A stretch of 64,000 nucleotides of DNA from Chrysomallon squamiferum (Eukaryota > Animalia > Mollusca). Of the stretch, positions 24,552-41,699 are shown in pieces (position 1 is the stretch's first letter; each line of letters begins with the position of its first letter). Both the position numbers and the translations under genes were made by a program. The stretch spans positions 12,834,001 through 12,898,000 of the forward strand of contig CM022677.1 in NCBI GenBank assembly GCA_012295275.1, in the 5' to 3' direction. The notes under the pieces are model-generated. The model was not told the origin of the DNA and made no database searches. It saw nothing but the letters and a program-made list of their open reading frames with translations.

Positions 24552-27500
24552 TGTCGACCCTGTCAGATACTCTGTTTCTTTCATTCAGTGCACCATATCT
24601 ATATTAGTTTCTGTCGTATGTGCTACCCTGTGGTAACTAGATCTGTTCATCCAGTGTTTGTTAGAGGCTGTTGTATGTATCATGGCAAAGAGTCAGTACA
24701 AGCCAGTGAATTGTGTATAGTATGTTAGAGGCTGTGGTATGTACTATCCTGTCAAAGAGTGTGTACAAGCCAGTGAATTGTGTCTAGCATGTTAGAGACT
24801 TTTGTATGTACTATCCTCTCAAAAAGTCTGTCGAAGCCAGTGAATTGTGTCTAGTATATTAGACGCTGTCGTGTGTACTATCCTGTCAAAAAGTCTGTCC
24901 AACTCAGTGAATTGTGTCTAGTATGTAAGAGGCTGTGGTATGTACTATTCTGTAAAAGAGTCTATACAAGCCAGTGAATTGTGTCTAGTACGTTACAGGC
25001 AGTGGTATGTATTATCCTGTCAAAGAGTCTGTACAAGCCAGTGAATTGTGTCTAGTATGTTAGAGGAAGTGGTATGTGGGGTCCTGACAAAGAGTCTGTA
25101 CAAGCCAGTGAATTGTGTCTAGTATGTTAGAGGCTGTGATATGTACTATCCTGTCATACAGTTTGTACAAGCCAGAGAATTTGTGTCTAGTATGTTAGAG
25201 GCTGTGATATGTACTATCCTTTCATAGAGTTTCTACAAGCCAGAGAATTGTGTCTAGTATGTTAGAGGCTGTGGTATGTACTATCCTTTCAAAGAGTCTG
25301 TACAAGCCAGAGAATTGTGTCTAGTATGAGGCATCACATGTATAATCCTGTCAAAGGGTCGGTCCAAGACAGTGAATTGTGTCTAGTATGTTAGAGGCTG
25401 TCGTATGTACTATCGCGTCAAAAAGTCTGTACAACCCAGTGAATTGTGTCTAGTATGTTAGAGGCTGTTCTATGTACTATCCTGTCAAAGAGTCTGTAGA
25501 AGCCAGTGAATTGTGTCTACTATGATAGAGGCTTTCATCTGCCGTTCCTGTCAAAAAGTCTGTCCAAGCCAGTGAATAATGTCTAATATCTTAGACGCTA
25601 TGGTATATACTATCCTGTCAAAGAGTCTGTACAAGCGATTGAATTGTGTGTAATACGTTAGAGGCTGTAGTTTGTCCTCCCTGTCAAAGAGTATGTACAA
25701 GCCAGTGAACTGTGTCTAGTATATTAGAGACTGTGGTTTGTCGTGCCTGTCAGACACTCTTTTTGTTTCATTCAGTGCACCATATTAGTTTCTGTGGTAT
25801 GTGCTACCCTGTAGTAACGATATCTTTTCATCTAGTGTAGTGTATGATGCTTAGTATATTAGAGACTCTGGTATGTGCTACCCTGTCAAAGAGGCAGTGG
25901 TATGTGCTATCCTTTCAAAGAGTTTGTACAAGCCAGTGAATTGTGTCTAGTATGTTAGAGGCTGTGCTTTGTCGTCCCTGTCAAAGAGTCTCAACTAGCC
26001 AGAGGATTGTATCTAGAGGCATCACATGTATAATCCTGTCAAACGGTCTGTCCAAGACAGTGAATTGTGTCTAGTATGTTAGAGGCTGTCGTATGTACTA
26101 TCGCGTCAAAAAGTCTGTACAACCCAGTGAATTGTGTCTAGTATGTTTGAGGCTATTTTAGGTACTATCCTGTCAAAGAGTGTGTACAAGCCAGTGAATT
26201 TTATCTAGTATCTTAGAGCCTGTGGCATTTACTATCCTGGCAGAGAGTCTGTACAAGCCAGTGAATTGTGTCTAGTATGTTAGAGGCTTTGATCTGTCGT
26301 CCCTGTCAAAGAGTCTATACAAGCCAGTCAATTACGTCTAATATCTTAGACGCTGTGGTATATACTATCCTGTCAGAGTCTATACAAGCGATTGAACTGT
26401 GTGTAATACGTTAGAGGCTGTAGTTTGTCCTCCCTGTCAAAGAGTCTGTACAAGTGATTGAATTGTGTGTAGTATGTTAGAGGCTGTAGTTTGTCCTCCC
26501 TGTCAAAGAGTCTGACTGTACAAGCGATTGAATTGTGTGTAGTATGTTAGAGGCTGTGGTTTGTCGTGCCTGTCAGAGACTCAATTTGTTTTATTCAGTG
26601 CACCATATCTAGTGGGATGTGCTATTAGTTTCTGTGGGATGTGCTATCCTGTAGTAACGATATCTTTTCATCTAGTGTAGTGTATGATGCTTAGTATATT
26701 AGAGACTCTGGTATGTGCTACCCTGTCAAAGAGTCTGTAGAAGCCAGTGAATTGTGTCTAGTATGTTAGAGGCAGTGGTATGGACTATCCTGAGAAAGTC
26801 TGTAGAAGCCAGTGAATTGTGTCTAGTATGTTAGAGGCTTTGATCTGTCGTCCCTGTCAAAGAGTCTGTCCAAGCCAGTGAATAATGTCTAATATCTTAG
26901 ACGCTATGGTATATACTATCCTGTCAAAGAGTCTGTACAAGCCAGTGAATTGTGTCTAGTATGTTAGAGGCTGTGGTTTGTTGTGCCTGTCAGAGACTCA
27001 ATTTGTTTCATTCACAGCACTATATCTAGTAATATTAGTTTCTGTGGTATGTGCTACCCTGTAGTAACAATATCTTTTCATCTAGTGTAGTGTATGATGC
27101 TTAATATATTAGATACTCTGATATGTGCTACCCTGTCAAAGAGACTGTACAAGCCATTGAATTTTGTCTGGTATTTTAGAGGCAGTGGTTTGTACTATCG
27201 TATCAAATAGTCTGTACAAGCCAGTCAATTGTGTCTAGTATGTTAGAGGCAGTGGTACGTACTATCCTGTCAAAGAGTCTGAAGTAGCCAGAGAATTGTG
27301 TCTAGTATGTTAGAGGTTGTGATATGTACTATCGACTCAAATAGTGTACAAGACAGTGAATTGTGTGTAGTTAGAGGCAGTGGTATGTACTATCCTGTCA
27401 AAGACTCTGTACAAGCCACTGAATTGTGTATAGTATGTTAGAGGCTGTTATATGTAATATTATGTCAAAGAGTCTGTACAAGCCAGTAAATTGTGTCTAG

Positions 27501-29288
27501 TATGTTAGAGGCTGTGCTTTGGCGTCCCTGTCAAAGAGTCTCAGCTAGCCAGACGATTGTGTCCAGTATGTTAGAGGCTGTGATATGTAATATCCTTTCA
27601 AAGAGGCTGTAGAAGCCAGAGAATTGTGTCCAGTATGTTAGAAGCATCACATGTACTATCCTGTCAAAGAGTCTGTAGAATCCAGTGAATTGTGTGTAGT
27701 ATGTTTGAGGCTGTTTTATTTACTATCCTGTCAAAGATTCTGTACAAGCCAGTGAATTGTGTCTTGTATCTTAAGGGCTGTCGTATGTACTATCGCGTCA
27801 AAAAGTCTGTACAACCCAGTGAATTGTGTCTAGTATGTTTGAGGCTATTTTAGGTACTATCCTGTCAAAGAGTGTGTACAGGCCAGTGAATTTTATCTAG
27901 TATCTTAGAGCCTGTGGTATTTACTATCCTGGCAGAGAGTCTGTACAAGCCAGTGAATTGTGTCTAGTATGTTAGAGGTTTTGATCTGTCGTCCCTGTCA
28001 AAGAGTCTGTCGAATAATGTTATATGTACTATCCTGAGAAAGTCTGTAGAAGCCAGTGAATTGTGTCTAGTATGTTAGAGGCTTTGATCTGTCGTCCCTG
28101 TCAAAGAGTCTATAGAAGCCAGTCAATTATGTATAATATCTTAGAAGCTGTGGTATATACTATCCTGTCAAAGAGTCTATACAAGCGATTGAATTGTGTG
28201 TAATACGTTAGAGGCTGTAGTTTGTCCTCCCTGTCAAAGAGTCTGTACAAGTGATTGAATTGTGTGTAGTATGTTAGAGGCTGTGGTTTGTCCTCCCTGT
28301 CAAAGAGTCTGTACAAGTGATTGAATTGTGTGTAGGATGTTAGAGGCTGTGGTTTGTCGTGCCTGTCAGAGACTCAATTTGTTTTATTCAGTGCACCATA
28401 TCTAGTGGGATGTGCTATTAGTTTCTGTGGGATGTGCTATCCTGTAGTAACGATATCTTTTCATCTAGTGTAGTGTATGATCCTTAGTATATTAGAGACT
28501 CTGGTATGTGCTACCCTGTCAAAGAGTCTGTAGAAGCCAGTGAATTGTGTCTAGTATGTTAGAGGCAGTGGTATGGACTATCCTGTCAAAGAATCTGTAC
28601 AAGCCAGTGAATTGTGTCTTGTATCTTAAGGGCTGTGGCACGTACTATCCTGTCAGTCTGAACAAGCCAGTGAATTGTGTCTTGTATGTTAAAGGCTGTG
28701 GTATGTAGTGTGTCAGAGTCTGTACAAGCTAGTGAATTTTGTCTAGTATGTTAGAGGCTGTGGTATGTACTATCCTGTCAAAGAGTCTGTACAAGCCAGA
28801 GAATTATGTCTAGTATGTCAGAGGTTTTGATATGTACTATCCTGGCTAAGAGTGTACAAGCCAGTGCATTTTGTTTAGTATGTTAGAGGCTGTGGTATGT
28901 ACTATCCTGTCAAAGCGTCTGTACAATCCAGTGAATTGTGTCTAGTATGTTAGAGGCAGTGGTTTTTACTATCCTGTCTGTCTGTACAAGCCAGTGAATT
29001 GTGTCTAGTATGTTTGAGGCTGTTGTATGTACCATCCTGTGAAACGAGTCTGTCCAAGCCAGTGAATTGTGTCTGGTATCTTAGAGGTTGTGGTATGTAC
29101 TATCCTTTCAAAGAGTTTATCCAAGCCAGTGAATTGTGTCTAGTATGTCAGAGGCTGTGGTATGTACTATCCTTTCAAAGAGTCTGTACTATCCAGTGAA
29201 TTGTGTCTAGTATCTTAGGGACTGTGGCATGTACTATCCTGTCAGAGTATGTGAATTGTGTCTAGTATCTTAGAGGTTGTATGTAGTT
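24552..29288. repeat. Satellite array, 67-bp monomer, ~4.7 kb, with higher-order structure
   Basis: Consensus gtgaattgtgtctagtatgttagaggctgtggtatgtactatcctgtcaaagagtctgtacaagcca (67 nt). Successive agtgaattg at 24772 and 24839. Confidence 0.97.
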
Positions 29289-29293
29289 TGTTT

Positions 29294-29334
29294 GTGTGTG
29301 TGTGTGTGTGTTTGTGTGAGAGATAGAGATTGAG

Positions 29335-29433
<99 letters not shown>

Positions 29434-29575
29434 TAGGACAGGCATATACATAGAAGCATTATATAGATAGACAATCAGACAGAGCGCTATAGATTGAAAT
29501 ATTGAAACTTGGAGAGCAGGTAGACAAAGACACAGACACACACACAGACACACACACACACACACACACACACAC
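29294..29575. repeat. Compound (TG)/(TA)/(GA)/(CA) microsatellites
   Basis: Direct reading. Confidence 0.9.
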
Positions 29576-30258
29576 TGACTGCAGCAGACTCATGTAGATG
29601 TAGAGATGAATAAACTGATAGATAAACAGAACTGACAATGAGATGTGTACAGGATGGTGTGCTGTGTTATGTTGAGAGAGAAAGGATGATAGAAACATGT
29701 ACAGATGTATAACAGAGATTCTGATATAGACAGGCAGGATTATAGAAAGAGATTTTTACTGGACTTTGAAACTAGATTTAAAAAATGTATTTAAAAATGA
29801 CAGTAAATTTAGGAATAAATGATGGCTGCATGGATACTGAAATATTTTTAATATTTTGATATACAGAATTGTAAAAAGAACTTACCTTGAGGGACTGAGT
29901 ATATTGAAATATCTTTAGTATTCGTAAGAATTATTTTACTATTAATATGTCATTGGTAATCCAAACAAACAGCTTTCTGTCCATTGCTCTAGCCCTATGT
30001 TCATTCATAATAATGTTATCTCCAGAATGTCCAAATTGTGTCTCTCTCTACCAGTGAATTTACTTGCCTGCCAGTATGTCTATCTATCTGTCTATCTATC
30101 TTCAGTCATCTATCTATAAAATATACATATACCAATATAAGCACTGTAATCCACTTACTCATGTACAAAAACCCATCCTCACTCTCTAACACTTTATTAC
30201 ACATAAACATATGCCTATCAGCTTAGCTCTCTATATGTCTCTGTATCTGTCTGTATAA

Positions 30259-30500
30259 TTATATACACATCTCTCTGTATGTCTGGCTCTGTGTCTGTCA
30301 GTCTATCTCACTAATTATATATCCTTCTCATTATACACATCTCTGTATGTCTGACTCTGTGTCTGTCAATCTATCTCACTAATTATATATATCCATCTCA
30401 TTATACACATCTCTCTGTATGTCTGACTCTGTGTCTGTCAGTCTATTTCACTAATTATATACCCTTCTCATTATACACATCTCTCTGTATGTCTGTGTCT
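30259..30500. repeat. ~70-bp minisatellite, about 3.5 copies
   Basis: Repeated ttatacacatctctctgtatgtctgactctgtgtctgtcagtctatctcactaattatatatccttctca. Confidence 0.85.
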
Positions 30501-31247
30501 ATCAAACTTCCAGTCTATCTTTTCATCTATCTCTCAGAAATACATGCACACTCTTGAACACACATTATGCATATATACCCATTTTCTTAGAATATTTATT
30601 TGTCAAAATAGACTATATTTCTGTTCTTATTATCATTACCTTTTAATTTATTTTATAATTTTTTGAAAACAATTTTATTAAATATTTACACTTTTTAAAA
30701 TGTAAATATTTGTCATTTATTTTAAAGAGTAATTAGTGATATTTAGAGTTTGTTAAATGTACAAATAGTAAGAGTATGTGAAATACTGATTTGTCTTCAC
30801 AGACATCTTATAAAGTAGACACAAACACACTCTATGCTGTCACACAATTAGAACAAAATATTTCATATATCAATATATCATCCTGTAATTAACCACATTT
30901 CTGCTCATCCAACTACACGTCCTTCTATTCATTTATTCTTTCATTCATCCAGCATTTATCACATTCAGTGAGTTATTCTATTTGGATATTATGTGAATGT
31001 ATCATCCCTCTCTATCTCTAACCAGGCTAACATTTTACTTTATCCATTTATATCTTTTATTCATCATGCATCCATCTTTCAATCCTATACTTCCACATGT
31101 ATACATTAAGTTTAGCTTATTTGGAAAAATGGCATTCCATAGCAGTGATAAATCTCTATTCCTCTTTCAGCAATAAAAATAGAATAACTATGAACACAAC
31201 AAATATTAAAAAAGTGCAAGCTGCTATGAAGTACACTGGATGTTCTG

Positions 31248-32820
31248 ATCACATTGACAATGCAGTCTCTTGGAGATCACTGAGTTTTTGAAATTCAAAT
31301 TACATTTCAGACAGATTTTCTCTTGAAAGTGTTGAGCTTTCTCTGGACAGGGAAGACTGTGATGTAATAGCATTCTTGTGCTCTAGTGAACCTTTTCTGA
31401 AAATGTGTCTTACAACATTTTCAACTAAAGTGCTGGCTGAGGCAGCTTGAATCTGTTGTCTAGGATCCTGCAACAAAATATAATATTCATGAATAAACTA
31501 AACATAAAATAAAGTGCAAGCAGTATTTTTCTTGTCAGTTCTAACTGCATTTCACTGTCTTAGCAAGAAAAATTTTAGTCCACATTTTTGTTTCTTCCAT
31601 ACAATTTTAATAATAAAAAATATTTTATTAAATATTTTTATATTCTTAATTTGAATCAGTTTATTATTTTTTTTAACTTTGATATAAAAGGATTAAAATA
31701 GCAATACATCAGTAAAAGAGATTATGAAAAATATTTTTAATATATTTAAATAATTCTGTAACTCGGTCAACTTTGGTCTTCTAATACTGATTCCACTTGA
31801 AATTCTAAGATACTAACATGATGAAAACACATTTCAGATTATTCTGACAATCTTTAATTAACAATTAACAATCATGATAGGTCACATCATAAACAACAAC
31901 TTATTTGATTAATTAAAATATTTTATTATAATTTAACTTTTGCTGCTAATGAAATATATTTTGTCTTATAAATAACCACATTTATCAGCTAATAGTTACA
32001 ATAATGAATCATTTAGGTATATTTTAAAATGTATTACACATGCCTGTGATAAAATAAGAAAAGAAGCAAAACCTAAATCTTTCAAGCCAATTTATGCATC
32101 TGTATGACCTTCAAATCCAGCAAAATTACATCCGTATACTAAATTTTAAAATATTATAAATATCTTTAGCCCTACCACATAAAGTATTAAATGTATTTCA
32201 GATTAGAGTCAGATATTAATAAAAGCAAATTACACATTTATACAACTGTTCTGTTCACTAGTCTATTAGGCTGACATGCAAATTATTACAAGGTTTGTTG
32301 TTGCATGAACCATTATTACATTGATTCTGTACTAGCTAAACTAATCATTTAAAATATCAAGATCCTTTATGAAACATTTATATAAAATTATCAATACTAT
32401 TCTGTACATTAAAATAAATTGTTAATTAAATTCATTCTTAATGAAATGAGCTATAAAACACAAAAGGGAGAGCAGCATTCAGTCCACACATAGACATGGA
32501 TCTTTCAGAACCTGGAGTAAAAAAATCAAAATAAACAGTTGCAAAAAAACCAAAAAACTCCACAAACTATTACAAATAATTAAAAAAAAAAAATACTGCC
32601 ACTTTCACCTTTTAAATTGTCTTCTTAAACGTTAAGTAACTAATACAAAATTGCATTTTACTTTACAATCATATTTAGTAATTAATTGTCAGTTATTAAA
32701 TTTGTAAAATTCATAGATTGTTGACTAAGAATTGCTAATAACATTACCTATTTCTGTAAAATTGCTGCCAAAAGGCTTTTCCACTGATATTAACTGTTTC
32801 CTGAAATTAAATAATTATTG

Positions 32821-32869
<49 letters not shown>

Positions 32870-34386
32870 CAACAACAAAAAGCCCCAAACACAATGCCAT
32901 CCTTAATTAAGTACATCAGTGACAACAAAGATATGTATAAATTCTTAAGATCTTTCAATTCACCTCAATTTCTATATAAATATCATTATCATCTTTGTCA
33001 GTTAAAGAGGTGAATGGAAAAAGAAAAGACAGTGTAAATGTATCAACTCACTGTTTGATCTTTCTTATGTGATCAACACTAACGTTCTCAACATGAGTGA
33101 TTGTTACTTCCATTGTACAACTGAGTCTCATCTCCTACAAAAACACACACAATTATATTTGAACTGATTTTACATGTAGAATTCTCTGGTTATTAATTAT
33201 TACTACTTTTATATATAAATAAATAAAAAATAAACAAATATAAAAATAAGTAAAATGAAGTAAGAAGACAGCAGAAAGATAGAGGAAATATTTTGCATAG
33301 AATTTTGTGAAAGACTGATGAATTGTTTAAAACTGAAATAAAATGGAAAGGTTCACAATGAATAATGTATTTAAGTACTTGCTGGACAGCACCAAATACT
33401 TCAACTCTACTGTAGACTCAAGCTGCTCTTTATTCCAAAATGTCAATCAGAGTTTGTATTTTAGAAACAATTTTTAGAATTTTTTTTCCTTAACAAGCTG
33501 AATTAACTTCTAAATCCACAGTTTAGTATACTGGTTTCATCAATTGCTATAAATTATGTGATTAAAGATCTGAAGTCATTCAGTAAATACTGACATTTCC
33601 TAGTTCTTCATCCACATTGTTTTCAGGAATGTTCTTTGACCTTTCTTGAATCTCTTTTCTTTGCTCTTGAGTTAATTTGTCCACCTTGAAGGCCAGAAAT
33701 AGACTTAGGAACTCAGTCTGTTAAATATACCAAAAATAAACATTAATATATATATATATACAATCAAAAGCTAATGTAAAAACATTCAAGTGACATTACA
33801 CTGAAAATAATAATGTATGTTTATAAAATAATGAGCATACATTTTATTAGTTCTCACATCATTTTGTCAATAGCAAACATAAAATTACTGATAGACTGAG
33901 GATATAGTGTAACATATATATATATATATATTGTGTGTGTGTGTGTGTGTATGTGTGTGTGTGTGTGTGTGTGTTAGTGAATGAGTGTGTATGGTGTTTG
34001 ATTTTTAGCATGTCTATCTAATAAATGACTTTTTCAAATAGGAAAATATCAGGCCTCTATTTGTTTTCATAAGCTTGTTATTTTATTTTCAGACTAAACT
34101 GAGTGAAGACTGTCTAGCATAATAAGTTAAACCTAAATGTGGAAAAAGAAGAATTATTTCTGTATTTAATAAAATATAAAAGCATACACCCTGTCCAAAA
34201 CAAAGAACCTACTCTAATTGAATAAAAAATCTTTTTTCACATAAGTATTGTTTATCACATTGAAACATCACAAAGATATATCATTAATCTAAAATCACAA
34301 ATAAATCACATCTTTAAGTAAAATTCTCAATAAATGCAGAATAAAAATTTAGTTACTTTGATTTCTTCATCTGAAAGTTGGCGCAA
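31248..34386 (-). pseudogene. IRAG1/IRAG2 (MRVI1/LRMP-Jaw1)-family multi-exon pseudogene; exons 34386-34357, 33717-33595, 33509-33379, 33134-33052, 32800-32748, 32511-32462, 31467-~31248
   Basis: LRQLSDEEIK|TEFLSLFLAFKVDKLTQEQRKEIQERSKNIPENNVDEELGN|...DILE*RAA*VYSRVEVFGAVQQ|EMRLSCTMEVTITHVEN...|KQLISVEK...|SERSMSMCG parallels LRMP EKEVEAEFLRLSLGFKCD...ERSRDLAEEN...RAEMLGAINQESRVSKAVEVMIQHVEN and MRVI1 ARSMSL. Canonical splice sites and matching phases. Stops and a 1-nt frameshift in the third exon. Not visible in the ORF track. Confidence 0.85.
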
Positions 34387-36564
34387 CTGAAATAAAAATA
34401 TACAGCTGAGACAGCTGTCCTAATGGGAAAACAAATCTGGATTTTGCTGGTATTTTGCTAGTTAAGGAAAATGATGGATGCAACATGAACTGCTGAACAC
34501 AAAATGTGTTTCCTGAACTACTTTAACTAATGTCTGCAATGACTGAAATAAGAAAACCTCAGCATAATATAAAATGTCAGTATAAGTAAAATGCACATAC
34601 ATGCAAAAACTCTACATGATTTCAATAGACATAACTGAAAACTAGGACTGTCATGTTACATGAATAAATAACCTTTTTTAATCAGTTGTTTGATCTCAAA
34701 CCTGTATTGTAAAATTCAGTAAATGAATCACATTATTAAGTAAAAGAAGACTAACCAAAAACCCAGATAGAAATGCATTTAATTTCACCATCTGAAAGTT
34801 GAGATACTGAAATAAAATAACCAGTTGATAATTAGTTGTCCTCATGGGGAAACAAAAAGGGATATTGATTATTTTTGAAATTAACTGAAAATGATGGAAA
34901 CAATGAACTGTATAAATGTTTAGAACTAAAAAAAATTAATGTCTGTGACACATGAAAACTATATCATAGTAATATAAAATGTCATCATAAATAAAATGTT
35001 AATGTCATTCTGCAAAAATTCAACATTTTTTTACATATTGACATTTCTGAAGACAGCATATTCTAATTAATTACATGTAATTTATTTTTAACATTTTGCA
35101 TGAGATGATATAATTAATTGCTCAAAAAAAAAAAATATATATATATTAGAATCTTGAACAAAATAATGCAGACAATCATACAAAACAAAACTGAACAGAT
35201 AGAAATGAATTCAAACTTGGGCATAAAACAGAATCAAGAAAGTAAGTAATGGTTTTTACAGGTTTGTTTTATTTTAATTATTATTAAGGGCAATTGTTGT
35301 TTTTTGGTGGTTGTTGCTGAATGACAACAATTTGTACTAAATGTTTCTAACATTTTTTAAAAAAAATTTAAAAATTATTTTAGTCAATGAAACCAAAACT
35401 AAGAACCATAATAAATATCCCTTCCTGCATTTCAAAAATAATAATAAAAAAATTTTAAAATGTCATTCTGCAAGTATAAAATCTACTGATCTCAATCATT
35501 TTATTACACTTGCATTACGTTTCTGGGACAGCATAGAATTCTAATTAATTAATAATAACGTTATGCATGTGATGATATCCAAAGTTTGTGCTGGTGGTAT
35601 GATAGCTATATTTAAACAACTATCTTGTTTCATGTGCAAGTCACTGTTTTCTACTATTTAGCCAGATTTGTCTAAATAAACAAATATAGAACAAAAAGTA
35701 TTTAAAAAATCAGATATAATTTTCTAATTTGATTAATTAATTTATCATAATTGTAATTTTCTGTTATAAACATAAGACTTTCTGACAGCATGCTGGGCTT
35801 TACTATTAGTTAGAATCATCCAGATTACAAACTGTACACCATTAAAAATCCGATCTACTTAGTATGTAATAATAGGATGATCCTGTAACCAGCCCAAAGA
35901 ACATAAACAAACATATCGTAATTACATTATTTATGTTTACTTTTCAAATAGTAAATGTCTGATAACAGTTACAGTAAGTTCAAGTTTTAACATGTAAAGA
36001 TTCATTTTCTCAGTCATAATGTGCTGCTTTTTTTCCACTATACTAGGAAAATGATAGATACAAATGAGTATATCAAAGAAGTTTCTCAACCTATCAACTG
36101 AACTTAATATTAGATTTCCTGGCTTAACAACTCTATTTTTTACCTATCCCAGACTAGGAACAAAATGAAGAGAGTGCTACATTATTTGCATGATAGAATT
36201 AGTTTTTTTCCCCATTTTAATTTTTATTTAACTTAACTTATTAATTTTGTTATATTATTGCTTTGTTTATTCTTAGCATTTTATTTTATTTTTTTGCTGT
36301 TGGTGCTGTTGTTTATTGTTTGCTTAAAATCAATTAGCTTGATTGTTAAATAAACAGCCTAGGTTTAAAATCTGCAGATAAAATATTTTAACAAATAGAT
36401 TTTGGATTATATTCTTTTAAATTAAGAAAATGTGCTAAGACTGAATGAGAAAGAACACAATACAAACAGCACTAAAATCACTTTTTTAACAATAATTAGT
36501 GTGGATTAACAACCAGTATAATTAATGTAAAATCTGGAGAAGAATGGGTTGGACAGAAATAATA

Positions 36565-39397
<2,833 letters not shown>

Positions 39398-39599
39398 TTA
39401 TTAGTCTCTTGTATCTCTTCTCTGGAAAATGGCCTGGATTTGTGTGATGCTGATGCAGGGGTCTCTACATTTCATGTTGCACTGGCATAGATGAGAACAG
39501 GCTAACAAAACAAATCAGGAAAATATTTTTATAAAATTTAGGGAACCACTGAGCTGTTGCCAGTGGGTTGATTTTTTTTTTTAAATCAGAGTTTTTGGT

Positions 39600-41580
39600 T
39601 TGTTTAGCAGCTCTGTGCACCAAGGTTGTTTTACCACCTACACTTCTGTTCACTGGTTTTGCCTTATGATTCAACTTGAGCCTTTTGGCTTTTTGTTCAA
39701 TCTCCAGCTTAGCTTGTTCAAGTTTTTTCTGTCAACAGCAGTTTTAGTGTCATACCATACTCTGGTCTACAGGAGTTCTGAGAATGTCATCGTTCTGGAA
39801 TGCCTGGATGGAGGTGGTATGCTTGGCAGAAAGATCATATCGGACACTCTGCATTGCAGAGTAGGTGGCCATTTCTAAAATTTGACCTCTTTTTGACAAT
39901 GTCATTCATCTGACTGAACGATTGTTGAATATGCTTAGACTTAGCCAATATGGGATACCTCCCAAACATTTTAACTGAACAACTTTCCATCAACTTCTGC
40001 TTGTGGTAGGTCTTGGATCTATTTACAAATGAGATGCCTCCAACAGGTAAGTGTCATACTCTTTGTCTTGTAACACAGTGGGCATGAAGTCCTTCAATTT
40101 TGTCAATGCACCACATACCATGGATTGTCCCTGAATTTGGGGATCTAGGGCTGACACACACAGAAGCAACACATTCTCCAAGGGGAGCTTCTGCTGCATG
40201 TGTTTAGAGGAGACTGTAAGTGCTTTCTTCCCTGTTTCCATTAATTCAACTGCCTCCTTTCTTTGGATAGGTTTCTTCTTCAATGAACTGTGTGGCTGAT
40301 CCAATGAATATGGACTGGATGGGGAGGTGATTTGTCTCATCTTCTCTGATGACCTCGTGCTTCAGGAAACATGGTAAGAAGTGATGGAAGAGGTCAACTA
40401 TATCATTATGTTACCTATGTATCATCGGTTGCTTTAGTTCAAAGATGAGGAGCAAAGTTTTGAATATGGGCAGTAGGGCTGAGTGTAAACGTTTCTTCAT
40501 ATTTATAGAGTATCCTGGTCACAATCCTCTCCTTGCATCTGTTTCCATCCTGTGTCAGGTTCTTCTGGTTCATATTGTTTCTGGGCATTCACAACTGTCA
40601 TGTCTTCAGACTCGAAGTGTTTGACTACAGCCTCTTGCTGTGACTCAGAGAAGTAGCTAACTAATGTAGAGACCACTGTTTTGTTGTTGTCCATGTTCAT
40701 CAAAAAGAAACTGTTTCAAGTCCTTCAGTAGCCTCTTGTGAGACAAAGTACCAAGTCCTACTCATCTTATAAGAAGCAGTGGTGCAATGCATACATGATA
40801 CGGCATCCATTGCCTTTTTATCTCTAGCACATTCTATCATTTTGGGGACCATGCTCAGTGGCAGGGAATTCTGAGTAAATGATAACGTAAAGGCCTCCAG
40901 GTGAGCTTTCCAATCAGTTACACTGACCAAAGGTGCAGGCCTTGGCAGCACAGGATTTGAAACTGACTTACCACTGCCACAGTTTTGGGGAGCACCATAT
41001 GGAATTGCAGCAGTTTCCTGCCGAACATGAATGTCAATGTCCATATCACTATCTTCCATTGCCTGTGTGAATGTGGAATGTGAGAAGTGTGCTGCCTGGC
41101 ATTCTGAATGTCAATATGCTTCCATTTCTTTGTGTGTGCTTTTAGAAGAAGATAAAAAAGAAGGAAGTACAACAAAAACAAAACAAAATATAAATAAATT
41201 AATTAAAATTGACAATTAGTGAATTTTGAAAAACTAATGGAAACTCAGAAGTTTTGATCATTTAAACAAATAAAGCACTTCTACCTTGCTCGCATCCTAT
41301 TTTTAATTCTTCCAGGACTAGAAATGTTGAAAATACCATAACATACAGACACAGGCATTGAAATAAGTCCAGAACTCACGTTCAGGAACTCTGTTCTTGA
41401 CAAAATTCTTCAATAAACGGCTAATTTCCTTTCCAATACTTTTGGCGATAAACATCGTGGTGACTGATTCTGGAATTCCGTTTTTTTCTTCTTTTTCTCG
41501 TATGTAATTCCACTAAAGTTACCACTCAAAGATTTTTAATGCTTGTACCTTTAAGATGCATCCATGGTGAAACATCACAT
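39600..41580 (-). mobile_element. Degenerate hAT-superfamily transposase
   Basis: Broken ORFs 41059-40700, 40703-40503 and 40340-40023: QNSLPLSMVPKMI, TTASYKM, TVVSTLVSYFS, LLIFELKQPMIH, MQQKLPLENVLL..SALDP. Then RYPILAK...SFSQMNDIV, resembling the hAT dimerisation region. Many stops and frameshifts. Confidence 0.7.
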
Positions 41581-41699
41581 GTTTAGTGAGTCGGTCCGCA
41601 GCAACGTCACTTAGTTCAAACAAGACAATCAGTTGAGTAATAAGCAAAAACAACAAGCTGAAAAATAAAATAAAAGTTTGTTTGAACCATGTTCACCAG

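Noticed and set aside
24552-29288. CRISPR-like array or repeat-protein CDS (ORFs 28110-, 28999+)
   Set aside because: No unique spacers; the 67-nt unit is not a multiple of 3; eukaryotic context with no cas genes.
29887-30032. Exon-like minus-strand segment ending in a strong donor (CAAG|gtaagt)
   Set aside because: No clear acceptor or recognisable translation; cannot be assigned to IRAG.
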